A stretch of DNA of 64,000 bases. Source: Chiloscyllium plagiosum (Eukaryota). The notes beneath the pieces were generated by a model, which saw only the letters and a list, made by a program, of their open reading frames with translations, had not been told where the DNA came from and searched no databases. Below are positions 50,555 to 63,489 of this stretch, piece after piece. Each line of letters starts with the position of its first letter. Position 1 is the stretch's first letter. The stretch is taken from the NCBI RefSeq assembly GCF_004010195.1, contig NC_057720.1:4699426-4763425 (forward strand), given 5' to 3'. The translations under genes were made by a program, and so were the position numbers.

Positions 50555-51140
50555 ATAGAACATAGAACAATACAGCACAGAACAGGCCCTTCGGCCCACG
50601 ATGTTGTGCCGAACATTTGTCCTAGCTTAAGCACCTATCCATGTACCTATCCAATTGCCGCTTAAAGGTCACCAATGATTCTGACTCTGCCACTCCCACA
50701 GGCAGCGCATTCCATGCCCCCACCACTCTCTGGGTAAAGAACCTATCCCTGACATCCCCCCTATACCTTCCACCCTTCACCTAAAATTTATGTCCCCTTG
50801 TGACACTCTGTCGTACCCGGGGAAAAAGTCTCTGACTGTCTACTCTATCTATTCCCCGATCATCTTATAAACCTCTATCAAGTCACCCCTCATCCTTCGC
50901 CTTTCCAATGAGAAAAGGTCTAGTACGACCTATTCTCCATTCCAGACAACATCCTGGTAAATCTTCTCTGCACCCTCTCCAAAGCTTCCACGTCTTTCCT
51001 AAAGTGGGGCGACCAGAACTGCACACAGTACTCCAAATGTGGCCTAACCAAGGTCCTGTACAGCTGCAACATCACCTGACGATTCTTGAATTCAATCCCT
51101 CTGCTAATGAACGCTAATACACCGTAGGCCTTCTTACAAG
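50555..51140 (-). mobile_element. CR1 LINE 3' fragment
   Basis: (catagaa)n tail and the reverse complement of the RT C-terminus. Confidence 0.82.
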
Positions 51141-51439
51141 CTTTAAAGAGATATCTTTGAAGAAGCTTTATAAAGCCAGTAAATTTTCTTTGAAAGTTTT
51201 ACCACTGGCAGAATTGTTGACGCTTGGGCAGTGGGTAATGGACAGTTTACGGCACTTGAGGTCCTGGTAACAGTAGCTGCTGTTGCTATTTCTTGAGCTT
51301 TGATAGGAATTACAGTCTTCTTCCCCCCTCCTTTGGTAGGTTTTATTGATTAATCATTGTTGATTTCAGACATGGTCAATAGTTTTTCAAAAATTAGATT
51401 AATAACACACCCAAGCACTTCATTTTGTTTCATCAAAGC

Positions 51440-51860
51440 TAGATTCCTTTTCTCTCGTGATACAGTTTATTTGTGACCAAATTCTGAATTATCCCAATGA
51501 GCCAGCAGCACTCACTCCAGGCTGGTTACCAAATGGAGCATCGGAATGCTATCTGGGAGACCAAAGGGGAAATGATTGCACACAATGTCTTCAATTGTGA
51601 TGAAAATGATTTCCTTGGGACTCTGGAATGGGGAGGTTATTGTTTCTTTAAATTTGCACTTCAGGGGGCTTTGCTAAGATGGACATTTAAGAGTCTGGAG
51701 TTTCCATGGCAAAGGGGAGGCACTTTGACTAGAGTGGTGACTGTAAATGATACTCGTCAGACTGAACTCCTGACCTCTCAGATCTCTGCCTATCAATAGA
51801 CAGTGAACAGTGCCCTGGTGGTGGTTAGAATTTGCTTTCTGTATCTGTTAGATTGGTTGG
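51440..51860 (+). mobile_element. Possible highly decayed pogo/Tigger transposase relic
   Basis: The ORF contains HNVFNCDE, resembling the first catalytic motif (VFNxDETGLFW) of pogo/Tigger transposases; the rest is degenerate. Confidence 0.35.
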
Positions 51861-52004
51861 GAAGGGGAGGCCATTCTCAAAGATTTGCATCTCTATTGTT
51901 GTGAATAACCTTAGGAGCACAGAAACGTGACATTTATAAACTGTTGGCATATGATAGTTAAGGGGATTGACAGGGCAAATGCTGAGATGATGCTTCCCCT
52001 CAAG

Positions 52005-52180
52005 GGAAAAGTCTGGCGCTGGAAAAGCACAGCGGGTCTGGTAGCATCTGAGAAGCATGACAGTCGATGGTTCAGGCATAAGCCCTTCATCAGGAATTCC
52101 TCGGATGCTCCCTGACCTGCTGTGCTTTTCCAGCGCCACACTTTTCGACTCTGACTCTCCAACATCTGCAGTCCTCACTT
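52005..52180 (+). mobile_element. Family A fold-back pLTR cassette in a CR1
   Basis: Inverted arms; ttcccctca duplicated at both sides. Confidence 0.75.
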
Positions 52181-52644
52181 TCCCCTCATGGGAGAGTCTA
52201 AGACCAGAGGGCACAGTCTTAGAAGAAAGGGCACCAATTTAAGATTGAGATGAGAAGGAATTTCTTCCCTCAGATGACTGAGGGTTTTGGAACTCCCTGC
52301 ACTCCCACAGTGGGGACAGAGTCATTGTGTATATTTAAGGCTGAGAGAAATTCTTGATCAGTTGGGGAATCCAGGATTACAGGGAAAGGGCAGGAACGTG
52401 GGTGTGAGGAATGGTGAATCAGACATGATCCTATTGAATGGTGGAGCAGGCTCAAGAGCCCGAATGGCCTCCTCCTGTTCCTATTTCGTATGGCCTTATG
52501 GTATTTAGCACAAAATGAACTGATTGGCTGGTTTCCAGCATTAGGCAAATGTAGGCAAACGTGGCAAATTTTGTTGTATTTGAGAGCCATCCAAAATTTG
52601 GCAAATTCATGTGAAATCATTCAGTCCAGAGGGCAAAGGTTCAT

Positions 52645-52990
52645 TATAGAATCCCTACAGTGTGGAAACAGGCCCTTCAGGCCAACAGGTCCACACTGAC
52701 CCTCCAAAGAGTATCCCAATCAGACCCATTCCCCTACCTTATTATACTAAATTTACTCCTGACTAATGCACCTAACCTACACATCCCTGAACACTATGGG
52801 TAATTTAGCATGGCCAAATCACCCAACCTGCATATCTTTGGATTGTGCGAGGAAACAAAGCACCTGAACGAAACCCACACAGACACGGGGAGAATGTGCA
52901 AACTCCACGTAGACAGTCGCCCGAGGCTGGAATCAAACCCAGGTCCCTGGCGCTGTGAGGCAGCAGTGCTAACCAGTGAACCACCATACC
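52645..52990 (-). mobile_element. HE1-like V-SINE
   Basis: Same family. Confidence 0.85.
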
Positions 52991-54809
52991 TCAGTTAGGA
53001 TTCCAAAGCATCATGAGAGTAGGAGGAGGCCATTCAGCCCCTCGAGCCTGCACTGCCATTTGATAAGGTCAGGACCAATGCCATGATATCCATTTCTAAC
53101 ATTCTTCTGGGTACTCTCAGTCCCAAGAGGTTACATTTGACTCAAAATGTTAATAACATTCGATCCTGCCCTGCAACAGCGGACAGGCTTGTTTCAAGGG
53201 TTCTGATAGGTTACCCTGGATAGTTAGGGTGCCAGTTAAGAGGAAGTCAGAGGTTATGGGCAGTGAGTGAGGATGGGAGAGAGTGACAGACAGAGAGACT
53301 CCATTTTAGGAAACTTTCTAATTTGGTTCCAACATTTTCATCTGTTTTTTTTACTTTTAATTGTCATCTGTTATGCTCAAGAAGAAATAAAACATCTGTT
53401 GTAACCAACCAAGGGGGAGTTTAAAAGAGGAGAGCCAATTCCCTCTTTTCAAGTGGCCTTGGTCATGAAGACTACTTGCCCATCATGTTAGTGCTGCATC
53501 TCAGAATGAGCAAATCATCTGGGACCATTCCACAGTTCTCCCTATCCCCCATAACGTGCACATTCTTCCTTTTCAGATAATGATCTAAATCCCTCCCGAA
53601 TGCCTCAGTTGAACCTACCACCAACACACTCAGATAGTTTTTAGGCTGCTCCTTTCCAATGTTCCAGTCAAACTGCTATCCTCTTGCCTTTGTACACGTT
53701 GTTCTGCGTAACGCTTGTTTCGTCAGCACAAATTGGATAAAACGTGATTGACAAGTTGTGGACGTTGTTTGTATGACACGAACTTTCTACTGAGTGGGTA
53801 TAACAGTTTTTCTATTGATGATTTTCTGCAGTGGTTTTCCACACCATGAGGTTGCAGAGGAACACAGATGTTGCATTCTAGCAGAACGACCTGTAATAAT
53901 CTTTCCCAGCCTGCTTGACATTTGTGCATCATCATCTTGACTTCTTTTAATAAAAGAGAATCAACTACCTCTCTCTTGGCAGCCGTCCTGGGAGCAACCT
54001 TGGCTCTAGGTTCAAAAGTTACAGTTTCGGCATTTACACGATTGGCTGCCCAATCTAAGTTGGCAAATCCAATATGTACCGTGCCACTGAGGAAGCACTG
54101 TATTGCCTTTGAAAACATCATGCCCAACCTGTTCAGGTGGATCTTTAAAAATGCTATTGGAATAGTATTGTGCAGCATCTGGTCTCACTGATATAGAAGA
54201 CGTATCAAAACATTGGAGAAGAAGTGAAAAGAACAATGCTAGACCTGAGAGTTTATCAGAAAACCCCAAACACGCTGGTGCTTATTTCCCTCGAACAGAG
54301 AACACTGAGGACATGACTGTTTCTGGCCCTGTCAGGTACAGGTTAGACAAGGGGAAAATGTTCCTATTTACAAGGGAGGCTATAACTAGAGTTTATAAAT
54401 ACAACAGAGTCACCAACAAGAAATTCAGAAAAAAATCAACTTTCTTTTAAGAATGTGGAATAAAACAAATAGTCAGCACATCTGACTGTGTGACTTGTGA
54501 TAGATTTAGGACAGATAGAGGTAGCTTAGTAACAGGGGCATGGTACATCCTGCCTGCAACAGTAGTAGACTCGCTGACGTTAAGGGCATTTAAATAGGCA
54601 TTGGACACACATATGGATAATAATGGAACAGTGTAGGTTAGACGGGCATCAGATCAATTTCACAGGTTGGCGCAACATTGAGGGCCGAAGGGCCTGTACT
54701 GTGCTGTAATGTTCTATGTTCTAGCTGAGAGAAACAAATATATTTCACTCCAATACAACTTTTCTTCAGAACTTTAGTTAACTCTTCTCCTCTCTCCACT
54801 GCCAGACTG

Positions 54810-55135
54810 AATTAGAACCCCTACAGTATGGAAGCAGGCCTTTCAGCCCATCCAGTTTGGCCCTCCCAACCAGACCCACCCCATCCCTATAATCTTGCAT
54901 TTCCATTTGCTAATCCACCTATCCTGCACATCCCTTGACAATATAGGCAATTTTCTGTGGCCAATCCAACTAACCTGCTCATCTTTGGACTGTGGGAGGG
55001 ACCTAAAGCACTCAGCAGAAACCCATGAAGACATGGGGAGAAGGTGCAAATTCCACACAGACAGTCGCCCAAAGGTTGAATCAAGCCCAGGATCCTGGTG
55101 CTATGAGGCAGCAGTGCTAACCACTGAGCCACCAA
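54810..55135 (-). mobile_element. HE1-like V-SINE
   Basis: Same family; inserted in a family C pLTR piece. Confidence 0.82.
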
Positions 55136-56189
55136 GTTCCAATTTCAGATTTCCAGCATCTGCAGTATTTTGCTGTTCATTTGTAAGAGTGAGGGACATA
55201 CAGTATTCCCATATCAAGTTGCTTGAGGTAAGTACTTGGTGTAAGGGGAAGCTAAGTAGTTATGTGAAGGAGACAATAGATTGGTGGAGCTGGATGGAGA
55301 GAGACATGAAGCAGGTTTGTGTACTGCAGAGATGCTGTGCCTGTGTTGTACTCTCCATGGAGCCCTGTTACATCTGTGGAAAGAAAGGAGAATTAATGTT
55401 TTGGGAACAGCGACCTTTCTTCAGAACTGGGTCTTCAGACTCTTCATTTGATTCGGATTTCCAGGATCCGCAATTCTTTCTTTCTATTTTCCAATCCCCG
55501 TTTGTTACTTTGAATTCAATGCTGTAGTAGTACTATCACTGGACGAGTAATGCCAGGGCCCAGGCTAATGTTTTGGAGAGAAATGTGTGATTTCTAACAC
55601 AGCTACTCAAGGCGTTAAAAATCAAACTAATCTCAGTAATAGTGAGCGTGAAACCACTGCCCATTTTTATTAAAAACAAATCCATAAGCATCACCCCTTA
55701 CCCAGTCTGCCATACACAGGACTCCACAACAATGATTCACTGAAATTGCCCGAGCCCAACACTCATTTCCAGGGCAATTAAGGATGAACAACAAATGCTG
55801 ACCTCCCCAGCTATGCCCACATCCCACTGAAGAATAACAAATTAACTTGCGGTCTGTATGGTAACACTCCCACCTTTTGGTCATGTCCCACTTCAGGATT
55901 AGCCTTGAAAATCAAGCTTGGCATCGCAGTGCAGTACTGAGGGTGTGTCACACTGCCCTGGCTGCTGGCTCTTACATGAGGTGTCAAAATAAGACCTCAC
56001 TTCAAGTGGATGTGAACAATCACATGACGTTTTCTCATAGATCAGGAGAGATCTCCCCTGCACCTAGAACTACCACTAATCCCTCAATCAACAAGATAAA
56101 AATTATTACCTGATCACTGCCAAAATGCTGCTTGTGGGATTTTGCTGTACATAAATTGGCTACTGTGCATCAAAACAGCCTATCTGACC

Positions 56190-56400
56190 AGAGAGCTCCT
56201 TTCTTGTTAGAGAGAAAGACAGGCACGCACACAACTGATAGGTGTTTAGCCTTAGGGTCACCACACTTCAGGTGAGGGGACAGGTTGAGAAGGTGGGACC
56301 ATTATGGTAACCTCAGCTGGTGGGAACTGAAAACATGCTGCTGTTGCTGTTCATCTGCATCACAAATCAGCCACACAGCCAACTGAGCTAAGCAACCCCC
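56190..56400 (-). mobile_element. Second tRNA-derived SINE family (also at ~37140-37420 and ~49420-49635)
   Basis: Minus-strand head ttagctcagttggctg (A box) with a ggttcaattcc-like B box; shared body agggtcaccacac..caggtgagggg. Confidence 0.6.
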
Positions 56401-56444
56401 TTAAAACACTGATCCCATCTGTAATCATAGATCATAATATTGTC

Positions 56445-56745
56445 ATAGAATCCCTACAGTGTAGAAACAGGCCCTTTGGCCCAACAAGTCCGCACCTCCC
56501 CTCTGAAATGTAACCCACCCATATCCATTCATCTACCCTATTACTCTACATTACCTCTGACTAATACCCCTAACCTCCACATCCCTGAACACTATGGGCA
56601 ATTTAGCATGGCCAATTCACCCTGCATATATTTGGACTGTGGGAGGAAACTGGAGCACCCGGAGGAAACCCACGCAGACATGGGGAGAATGTACAAGCTC
56701 AATCAAACCTGGGACTCTGGCGCTGTGAGGCAGCAATGCTCACTG
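56445..56745 (-). mobile_element. HE1-like V-SINE
   Basis: Same family. Confidence 0.8.
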
Positions 56746-57259
56746 GCAGCAGCTGGAACCCACTGGGACATCTTCCCTTGGGGAAAGACACTCCAGAAAA
56801 GCAAGTTTTTTTTTTGTTTTGTTAACTGATGTGTCCCAGACATCTCTCCACTTCAAATGGGCCACTGGAGCGAGACAGTTTGGTGCAGTAAGTCTGTGCC
56901 TGGATATTTGTCCATAGAGTGCCCACCAGAGCCTATCGCTGATGGCCAACACTGCCACAGAGATGTCTGGATTAACGTGGCACATGGCAGTGTTAAGGAA
57001 TGTAAAACATTTATTCGGTTCATCTTTCCCAGCCCATATCCCCACCCTCTCTCCCAATCAGCTCGATCAAGAGCTCTCTCACATTTCTTGCACTGTTCAG
57101 TCTGGTTTCTTATTGCAAATTCATGCAGGATGCTGGAAGATCATAGCAAGGCTGGCAGCATCAGGAGGTGCAGAAGTCAACGTTTCGGGACCTGCCTGGC
57201 TCGCTGTGTTCTTCCAGCCTTGGATTCAATCATCTGCAGTTTTATTTTTGTCTCTTATT

Positions 57260-57660
57260 GCAAATTCAAAGCTGTTGTGAGCTCATGGACTTTCGCTGCT
57301 CATGTCCCTCTGCCCTGCAGCGCCTACAAAGCACGGCTGGTCTAGAATCCTTTCTCTGTTTGACTTTGTTGCAACACTTTCGGAGACAATATAGTGAAAT
57401 ATAAATGCACGAACTCACTCCGGCGCTAGGAGTCCTGCGGTTCCTTGCAGATCTCATGAAGCCCGTCTCTGGAGAATGTTTCTCAAATCCTCTCGAAGCA
57501 GAAATCCGCACAGATTACCCCGAGATGGGAATCAGTCATTCCATAACCCGGCCCCGGAGACTCTCCATCTCCCTTGAAGAAGAGGGAACTGCACTCGAGA
57601 AGTTTTATAACTTACTGGGACACAGTCTGGAGCTGCCCTTGCTAACCTGCAGATAGCAGG
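57260..57660 (-). promoter_or_regulatory. Locally CpG-enriched unique region around the candidate first exon (possible 5' UTR/promoter)
   Basis: Many CpGs compared with the surrounding CpG-depleted DNA; no repeat similarity; contains the candidate start exon. Confidence 0.4.
57419..57457 (-). CDS. SPATA1: SPATA1 candidate first coding exon (MRSARNRRTPSAG)
   Basis: ATG at 57457 with an in-frame upstream TAA. Consensus donor GGA|GTGAGT at 57418. Phase 0 joins the next exon (VIELHVF). Length and position resemble the short N-terminal peptide of mammalian SPATA1 (recalled as MSLNPSRPSSSE). Lies in locally CpG-rich unique sequence. Confidence 0.6.
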
Positions 57661-58464
57661 GCTTGCCCAGTCAGAATGTAGCAATAGTTTGATTGATAGA
57701 AACTGTATCCATTCACAAGACTGCCTGGAGTTCTACAACTGCACAAGCAATGCTGTTTCCACTCAACCTCATTCAGTTTGGCTTCATGGTTTATGGGGAT
57801 CCTTGGCTGGGCCCAGCATTTATTGCCCACCCCTAGTTGCCCCTTGAGAAGGTGGGGGTGAGCTACCTTCTTGAACTGCTGCAGAATGTAAAGTTTGAAC
57901 TTTCTGCTTTATTTCTTCATGTTCCACTTAAAACTAAGAAAGTCTGCAATGTGATAATTACTGCAATGTTTAACTTTTAACTTTTCTTTCTACAATGTTT
58001 TTATGATTCTGAATCTAGTACTGTTTACCAAGGATGGCATCTTGTGTGGCAACATTACTCAGTCTTCACTGTACTCCTCCCAGCTCAGTGAGCTAACTTA
58101 CATACTCACCATCAACCTGAGCTACAAATCTTCTCAAAAATCACGAACTATATCCTGTACATTTATACTTGAGTACAGCTGACCATAAAAAAAATCAAAC
58201 CCATGTGCTCTGGGTTGACCCACAATGCCCGTGGGAGGTAATTCCAGGACTTTCATCCAATGACAGTGAAAGAACGGTGATATATTTCCAAGCCTGGATG
58301 GTGTGTTGCTAGGGGTGGTGTTCCCATGTATCTACTGCCCTTGTCCTTCTTGAGTAGATGGACTGCAGTGGTTTAAAAAGGAAGCTCACCACCACCTTCT
58401 CAAGGGGAGACTAGGGACAGACACCACATATCTTATTACTGAATAGAAAAAATGAGAGAGACAT

Positions 58465-59150
58465 AGAGTCACAGAGTCATACAGCAAAGAAACAGACCCC
58501 TCGGTCCAACTCGTCCATGCCAACCAGATATTCTAAACTGAACCAGTCCCATTTGTCCACATTTGGCCCACATCCCTCTAAAACTTTCCTACCTGTACCT
58601 GTCTAAATATCTTCTAAATGGTTGTAATTGTACTTGCCTCTACCACTTCCTCTGGCAGCTCAGTCCATACACACACAATCCTCTGTGTGAAAAAGTTGCC
58701 CCTCAGGTCCCTTTTATATCTTTCCCCTCTCACCTTAAACCTATGCCCTCTAGTTTTGGACTCCCCCACCCCAGGGGAAAGATATTGGCCATTCATCCTA
58801 TCCTTGCTCCTCATGATTTTATTAATCTCTATCAGGTCACCCTCCAGCTTCCAACCCTCCGGGGAAAAAAGTCCCAGCATATCCAGCCTGTCCTTATAAC
58901 TGAAACTCTCCAGTCCCAACAACATCCTTGTAATTTCTTTTCTGTAACCCCTCCAGCTTAACAGCATCCCCCTGCAGCAGGGTGACCAGAATTGTATGCA
59001 GTATTCTAAAATTGGCCTTACTGATGTCCCATATAGCCACAGCATGATGCTCCAATTCCAATACTCAGTGCTCTGACCAAAGAAGGCAAGTGTGCTAAAT
59101 GTCTTCTTTACCACCCTGTTTACCCACCATTCCACTTTCAAGGAACTCTG
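58465..59150 (-). mobile_element. CR1 LINE 3' fragment
   Basis: VRPILEYCIQFWSP...TRGHRFKVRGERYKRDLRGNFFTQR. Confidence 0.87.
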
Positions 59151-59680
59151 TAAAGCAAATGGTCCTTTTCAAAACCACACCATCTGTTTAATATTATCAT
59201 ATTGTTTTCTAGATAGTCTCAGTTTTCTCCTTTAGTAGAGATTCCAGTGTTTTCCCAAAGACAAATGTTTAGCTGACTAGATGTGTTCAATTGATATGTT
59301 TTATCTGCCTTGTTAAACAGAAATAAAACATGAAAATTCATCAGCTGTCTAGCAATACCTGTATACCTTTCTCGAAAGAATGAATAAATGTGGTTATGTG
59401 CCTGCCATCTCTCCTGCAGTTATTATTAAACATAGAAATTAAATCCATCTCGACCAGAGTTTTTTTTCCTTTTTGACTTTAGTTAATTTATTTCATATTC
59501 CTTCTATTTACTGTAAATTAAATGACATCTTTTCTAATCTGTTTTACCACTGGCACACCCATTTGAAATGTCTTTCTGGTAAACACTGAAGTAAGATCAA
59601 AAATATACTTCAACAACACCAAGAACAGAAGCTGTTGGAAAAGCTCAGCAGGTCTGGCAGCATCTGAGAAGAGAAATCAG

Positions 59681-59716
59681 AGTTAATGTTTCGGGTCAAG
59701 TGACCCTTCCTCAGAA
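59681..59716 (-). ncRNA. Minimal hammerhead ribozyme motif, family C (representative)
   Basis: uu-CUGAGGA-a-ggguc(acuu)gaccc-GAAA-ca-UU-aac. Related copies at ~35450-35487, 42645-42680, 46830-46862 and 60047-60085. Confidence 0.72.
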
Positions 59717-62244
59717 AATATACTTTATTTAAAATTACACAACACTCTGACTTGAATATTACAGAATTGGCAATAAAATTGAATTTTGATCCAAACATCA
59801 TGTACCAATCTAAGTATCTCAATACAACTGCAATTTTATTTACATCATATATCCCCTGTTAGGCATACAGCCTGAGGACAAAACATTTCAAATTGAAAAT
59901 GTTAGCAAGTGCAAATAGAATCTTCCAAACCCATGATCATTTCTACTGAGAAGGACAAGGGCAGCAGATAGTAAGTCCCTTGAAAGTTCCTCTGCAACCA
60001 CACATCATTTGGGCTGACTGTAGACAGATTTTCAGATCACATTTTCAGTTCTGATCAAGGGTCACTTGACCCGAAACATTAACTCTGATTTCTCTCCACA
60101 GATGCTGCCAGACCTACTGAGCTTTTCCAACAACTTCTATTTTCGTCTCTGACTAACAGTATCCGCAGTTCTTTCTGCTTTTATTCTGAAAGGTCACTGA
60201 GCCGAAACGTTAATACTGCTTTCGTTCCACAGATACTGCCAGACCTGCTGAGTTTCTGCAACAATTTTAGTTTTTGTGTGCAACTGGGAATTCGAACATA
60301 TTTTTAAAATGTCTCCGAGAATATTAGCAATATCTATTTCCTTATCCTCCACATGACTGTTATGTTTATATTAATTCATGATACTTCATGAGGATTTAGT
60401 TTGCTATTCATAGTTTGAGGAATTTATTTTTCCTACATTGTATCAATCACTATTTGAAATGTTTCTCCCCCCCCCCATGGTGACCAATTGTTTTCTAGTA
60501 TCATTTTCTGTTTTACTTTCTCAAGTTTCACCCTCACAATCAGCCCTTTCATTATTCTTTTACTTTATTATGCTTATATTATGCTTATATGTCGGCCAGT
60601 TCTTAGTCTAACTGGATAGTACAGTCACTACATGTGCCTACCTTTGCTTCTGTAATACACTCTGTTTCATTCCCCATGACCTGATCCAGTAATGAGTTGT
60701 TCCATGTTAGATTTCTTGGATACTGAGGTTAGAAAAAATGTGCATTAAATGTTGTTGGAGCCTTCACTGACCTCTTCTGGACAATTCACATCAAGGTGAC
60801 TGAAATCCCTGATTATTTTTATTCTATGCTTTCCCGCATTTCCTTGATTGTTAGCATATTCCTTCTTCCACTTCCCTTTCTTTAGTCAATGGTCTTACAC
60901 TGCACCTATTGGAGTGGTTGAACCTTTATTCTCTTTTTGCTCCACCCACATGAAATCTATTTCTATTTTATGACTGCAAACCTTTATTTCCACTGCCATC
61001 CTGTTATCTCCAGTGAATACCATTCTATTGGCCCTCCCTAACACTTGAAAGGCGATATACCCCGTATGTTTAATTCCCCAGTCCAGATTATTCTGTTGCC
61101 ATGTCCCAGTAATCCTGTATATTTCTCATTCCTCACAATGTCTTCTTGCCTTCACTCTCCCTGATTTCTTTACATGCTGGTGCATCGCTGGACAGGGAGT
61201 TCAAGGGGATCTTTCTATCTGTGTGTCTTATTTTAATTTTAGACGTTATTTTACATTCATGGGTCTGTTACTTACCATTGTTTATCATTGTTTACATTTA
61301 CAAGGTCATAGGATCATATAGCACAGAAGAGGCCCTTCAGCCCCTTGAGTCTGTGCCAACCCATCTACACTAATCCCACTTTTTCACACTTGGTCCATAG
61401 CGTTGAATGTTATGACCCTTCAAGTGCTCATTCAAGTACTTTTTAAAGGTTGTGAGTGATCCTGCCTCAATTACCACCCCCACCCCAGGCAGCACATTCC
61501 ACATTCCCACCACCCTCTGGGTGAAAAACATTTTCCTCATGTTCAATTCCTAATCATATGTCCTCCCTTAATTTAGTCCTTCCTTAGAAATTAATATTTA
61601 GGTTGTTTTATTTTGTGTAAAATTTGTCCTCCTATTTACTGGTCCATTTTGAGTTCAGCAGGAGCATGCCCCATTGATAATTTGTGTCTTTTAACTGATG
61701 TCCTACTTAACTGGTGGAAACCAGTGTTAAGTAAAAGTATAGAGTAATGGCAGGCCCTGGAACAGCATTGATGTGCAGAGGGATCTTGGGATTCTTTTCC
61801 ATCACTTCCTGAAAGTGGCCACACAAGTAGACAGGTGGTAAAGAAGGCATGTGGCATGCTTGCCTTTATTGGTTGGGGCATTGAGTACAAGAGTCAGGAG
61901 GGGCTGCAGCTTCATAAAAGTTTGGTTAGGCCACCCTTAGAGTATTACTTTCAACTCTGGTCGGCACATTACTGGAAGGATGGTGCAGAAGAAGCTTACA
62001 GAGTATGAGCTATAAGGAGAGGCTGGACAGACGAGTGTTGTTTTCTCTGGAGTGCCAGAGGCTCAGGGGAGACTTGATAGAAGTTTATAAAATAATGGAA
62101 TGCATAGATAGGGTTGATAGTCAGACTCTTTTTCCTAGAGTTGTTCTCGGCACAACATCGTGGGCCAAGGGGCCTGTTCTGTGCTGTACTTTTCGATGTT
62201 CTATGAAATATCAAAAAATAGGAACATGCATTTAAGGTGAGGCA

Positions 62245-63335
62245 TAGAGTCATAGAGATGTACAGCATGGAAACAGACCCTTCGGTCCAACCCGTCCATG
62301 CCGACCAGATATCCCAACCCAATCTAGTCCCACCTGCCAGCACCCGGCCCATATCCCACCAAACCCTTCCTATTCATATACTCAATACTCTGACCAATAA
62401 AGGAAAGCCTACCAAATGCCTTCTTCACTATCCTATCTACCTGTGACTCCACTTTCAAGTAGCTATAAACCTGCACTCCAAGGTCTCTTTGTTCAGCAAC
62501 ACTCCTTAGGACCTTACCATTAAGTGTATAAGTCCCACTAAGATTTGCTTTCCCAAAATGCAGCACCTCACATTTATCTGAATTAAACTCCATCTGTCAC
62601 TTCTCAGCCCATTGGCCTATCTGGTCAAAATCCTGTTGTAATCTGAGGTAACCCTCTTCGCTGTACACTACACCTCCAATTTTGGTGTCATCTGCAAACT
62701 TACTAACTGTACCTCTTATGCTCACATCCAAATCATTTATGTAAATGACAAAAAGTAGAGGGCCCATCACTATTTTAAAACGAATAGAATTATGGTCGCT
62801 GGCCCCAAATGCTCCCCCACTTACACCTTAGTCACCTGCCCTGCCTTATTTCCCAAAAGTAGGTCAAGTTTTGCACCTTCTCTAGTAGGTACATCCACAT
62901 ACTGAATCAGAAAATTGTCTTGTACACACTTAACAAATTCCTCTCCATCTAAACCCTTAACACTATGGCAGTCCCAGACTATGTTCGGAAAGTTAAAATT
63001 CCCTACCATAACCACCCTATTATTCTTACAGATAGCTGAGACCTCTTTACAAGTTTGTTTCTCAATTTCCCTCTAACTGTTGGGGGGTCTATAATACAAT
63101 CCCAATAAGGTGATCATCTCTTTCTTATTTCTCAGTTACACCCAAATAACTTCCCTGGATGTATTTCTGGGAATATCCTCCCTCAGCACAGCTGTATTGC
63201 TATCCCTTATCAATAATGCCACTCCCCCTCCTCTCTTGCCTCCCTTTCTATCCTTCCTGTAGCATTTGTATCCTGGAACATTAAGCAGCCAGTCCTGCCC
63301 ATCCCTGAGCCATTTTTCTGTAATTGCTACGATAT
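62245..63335 (-). mobile_element. CR1 LINE pieces including APE endonuclease and RT regions
   Basis: DIVAITEKWL...GYKCYRKDR...GGGVALLI, GNFNFPNI, PTREGAKLDLLL, MEFNSDKCEVLHFG. Confidence 0.87.
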
Positions 63336-63489
63336 CCCAGTTCAAAAGAGATGTGAGAGGCAGGTTTTTTGCACAGAGAGTAGAATGTGCTGCCAAGGAT
63401 GGTGCTGGAGACAGACACGGGCGGGGGGGGAGGTGTTTAGGGGCTTTTAGATAAGCACATGAATATACAAGGAATGGAAGGATATGGGG

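Noticed and set aside
54895..55527. 210-aa ORF
   Set aside because: Reads through an antisense SINE, pLTR pieces and a CR1 tail; a chance open frame.
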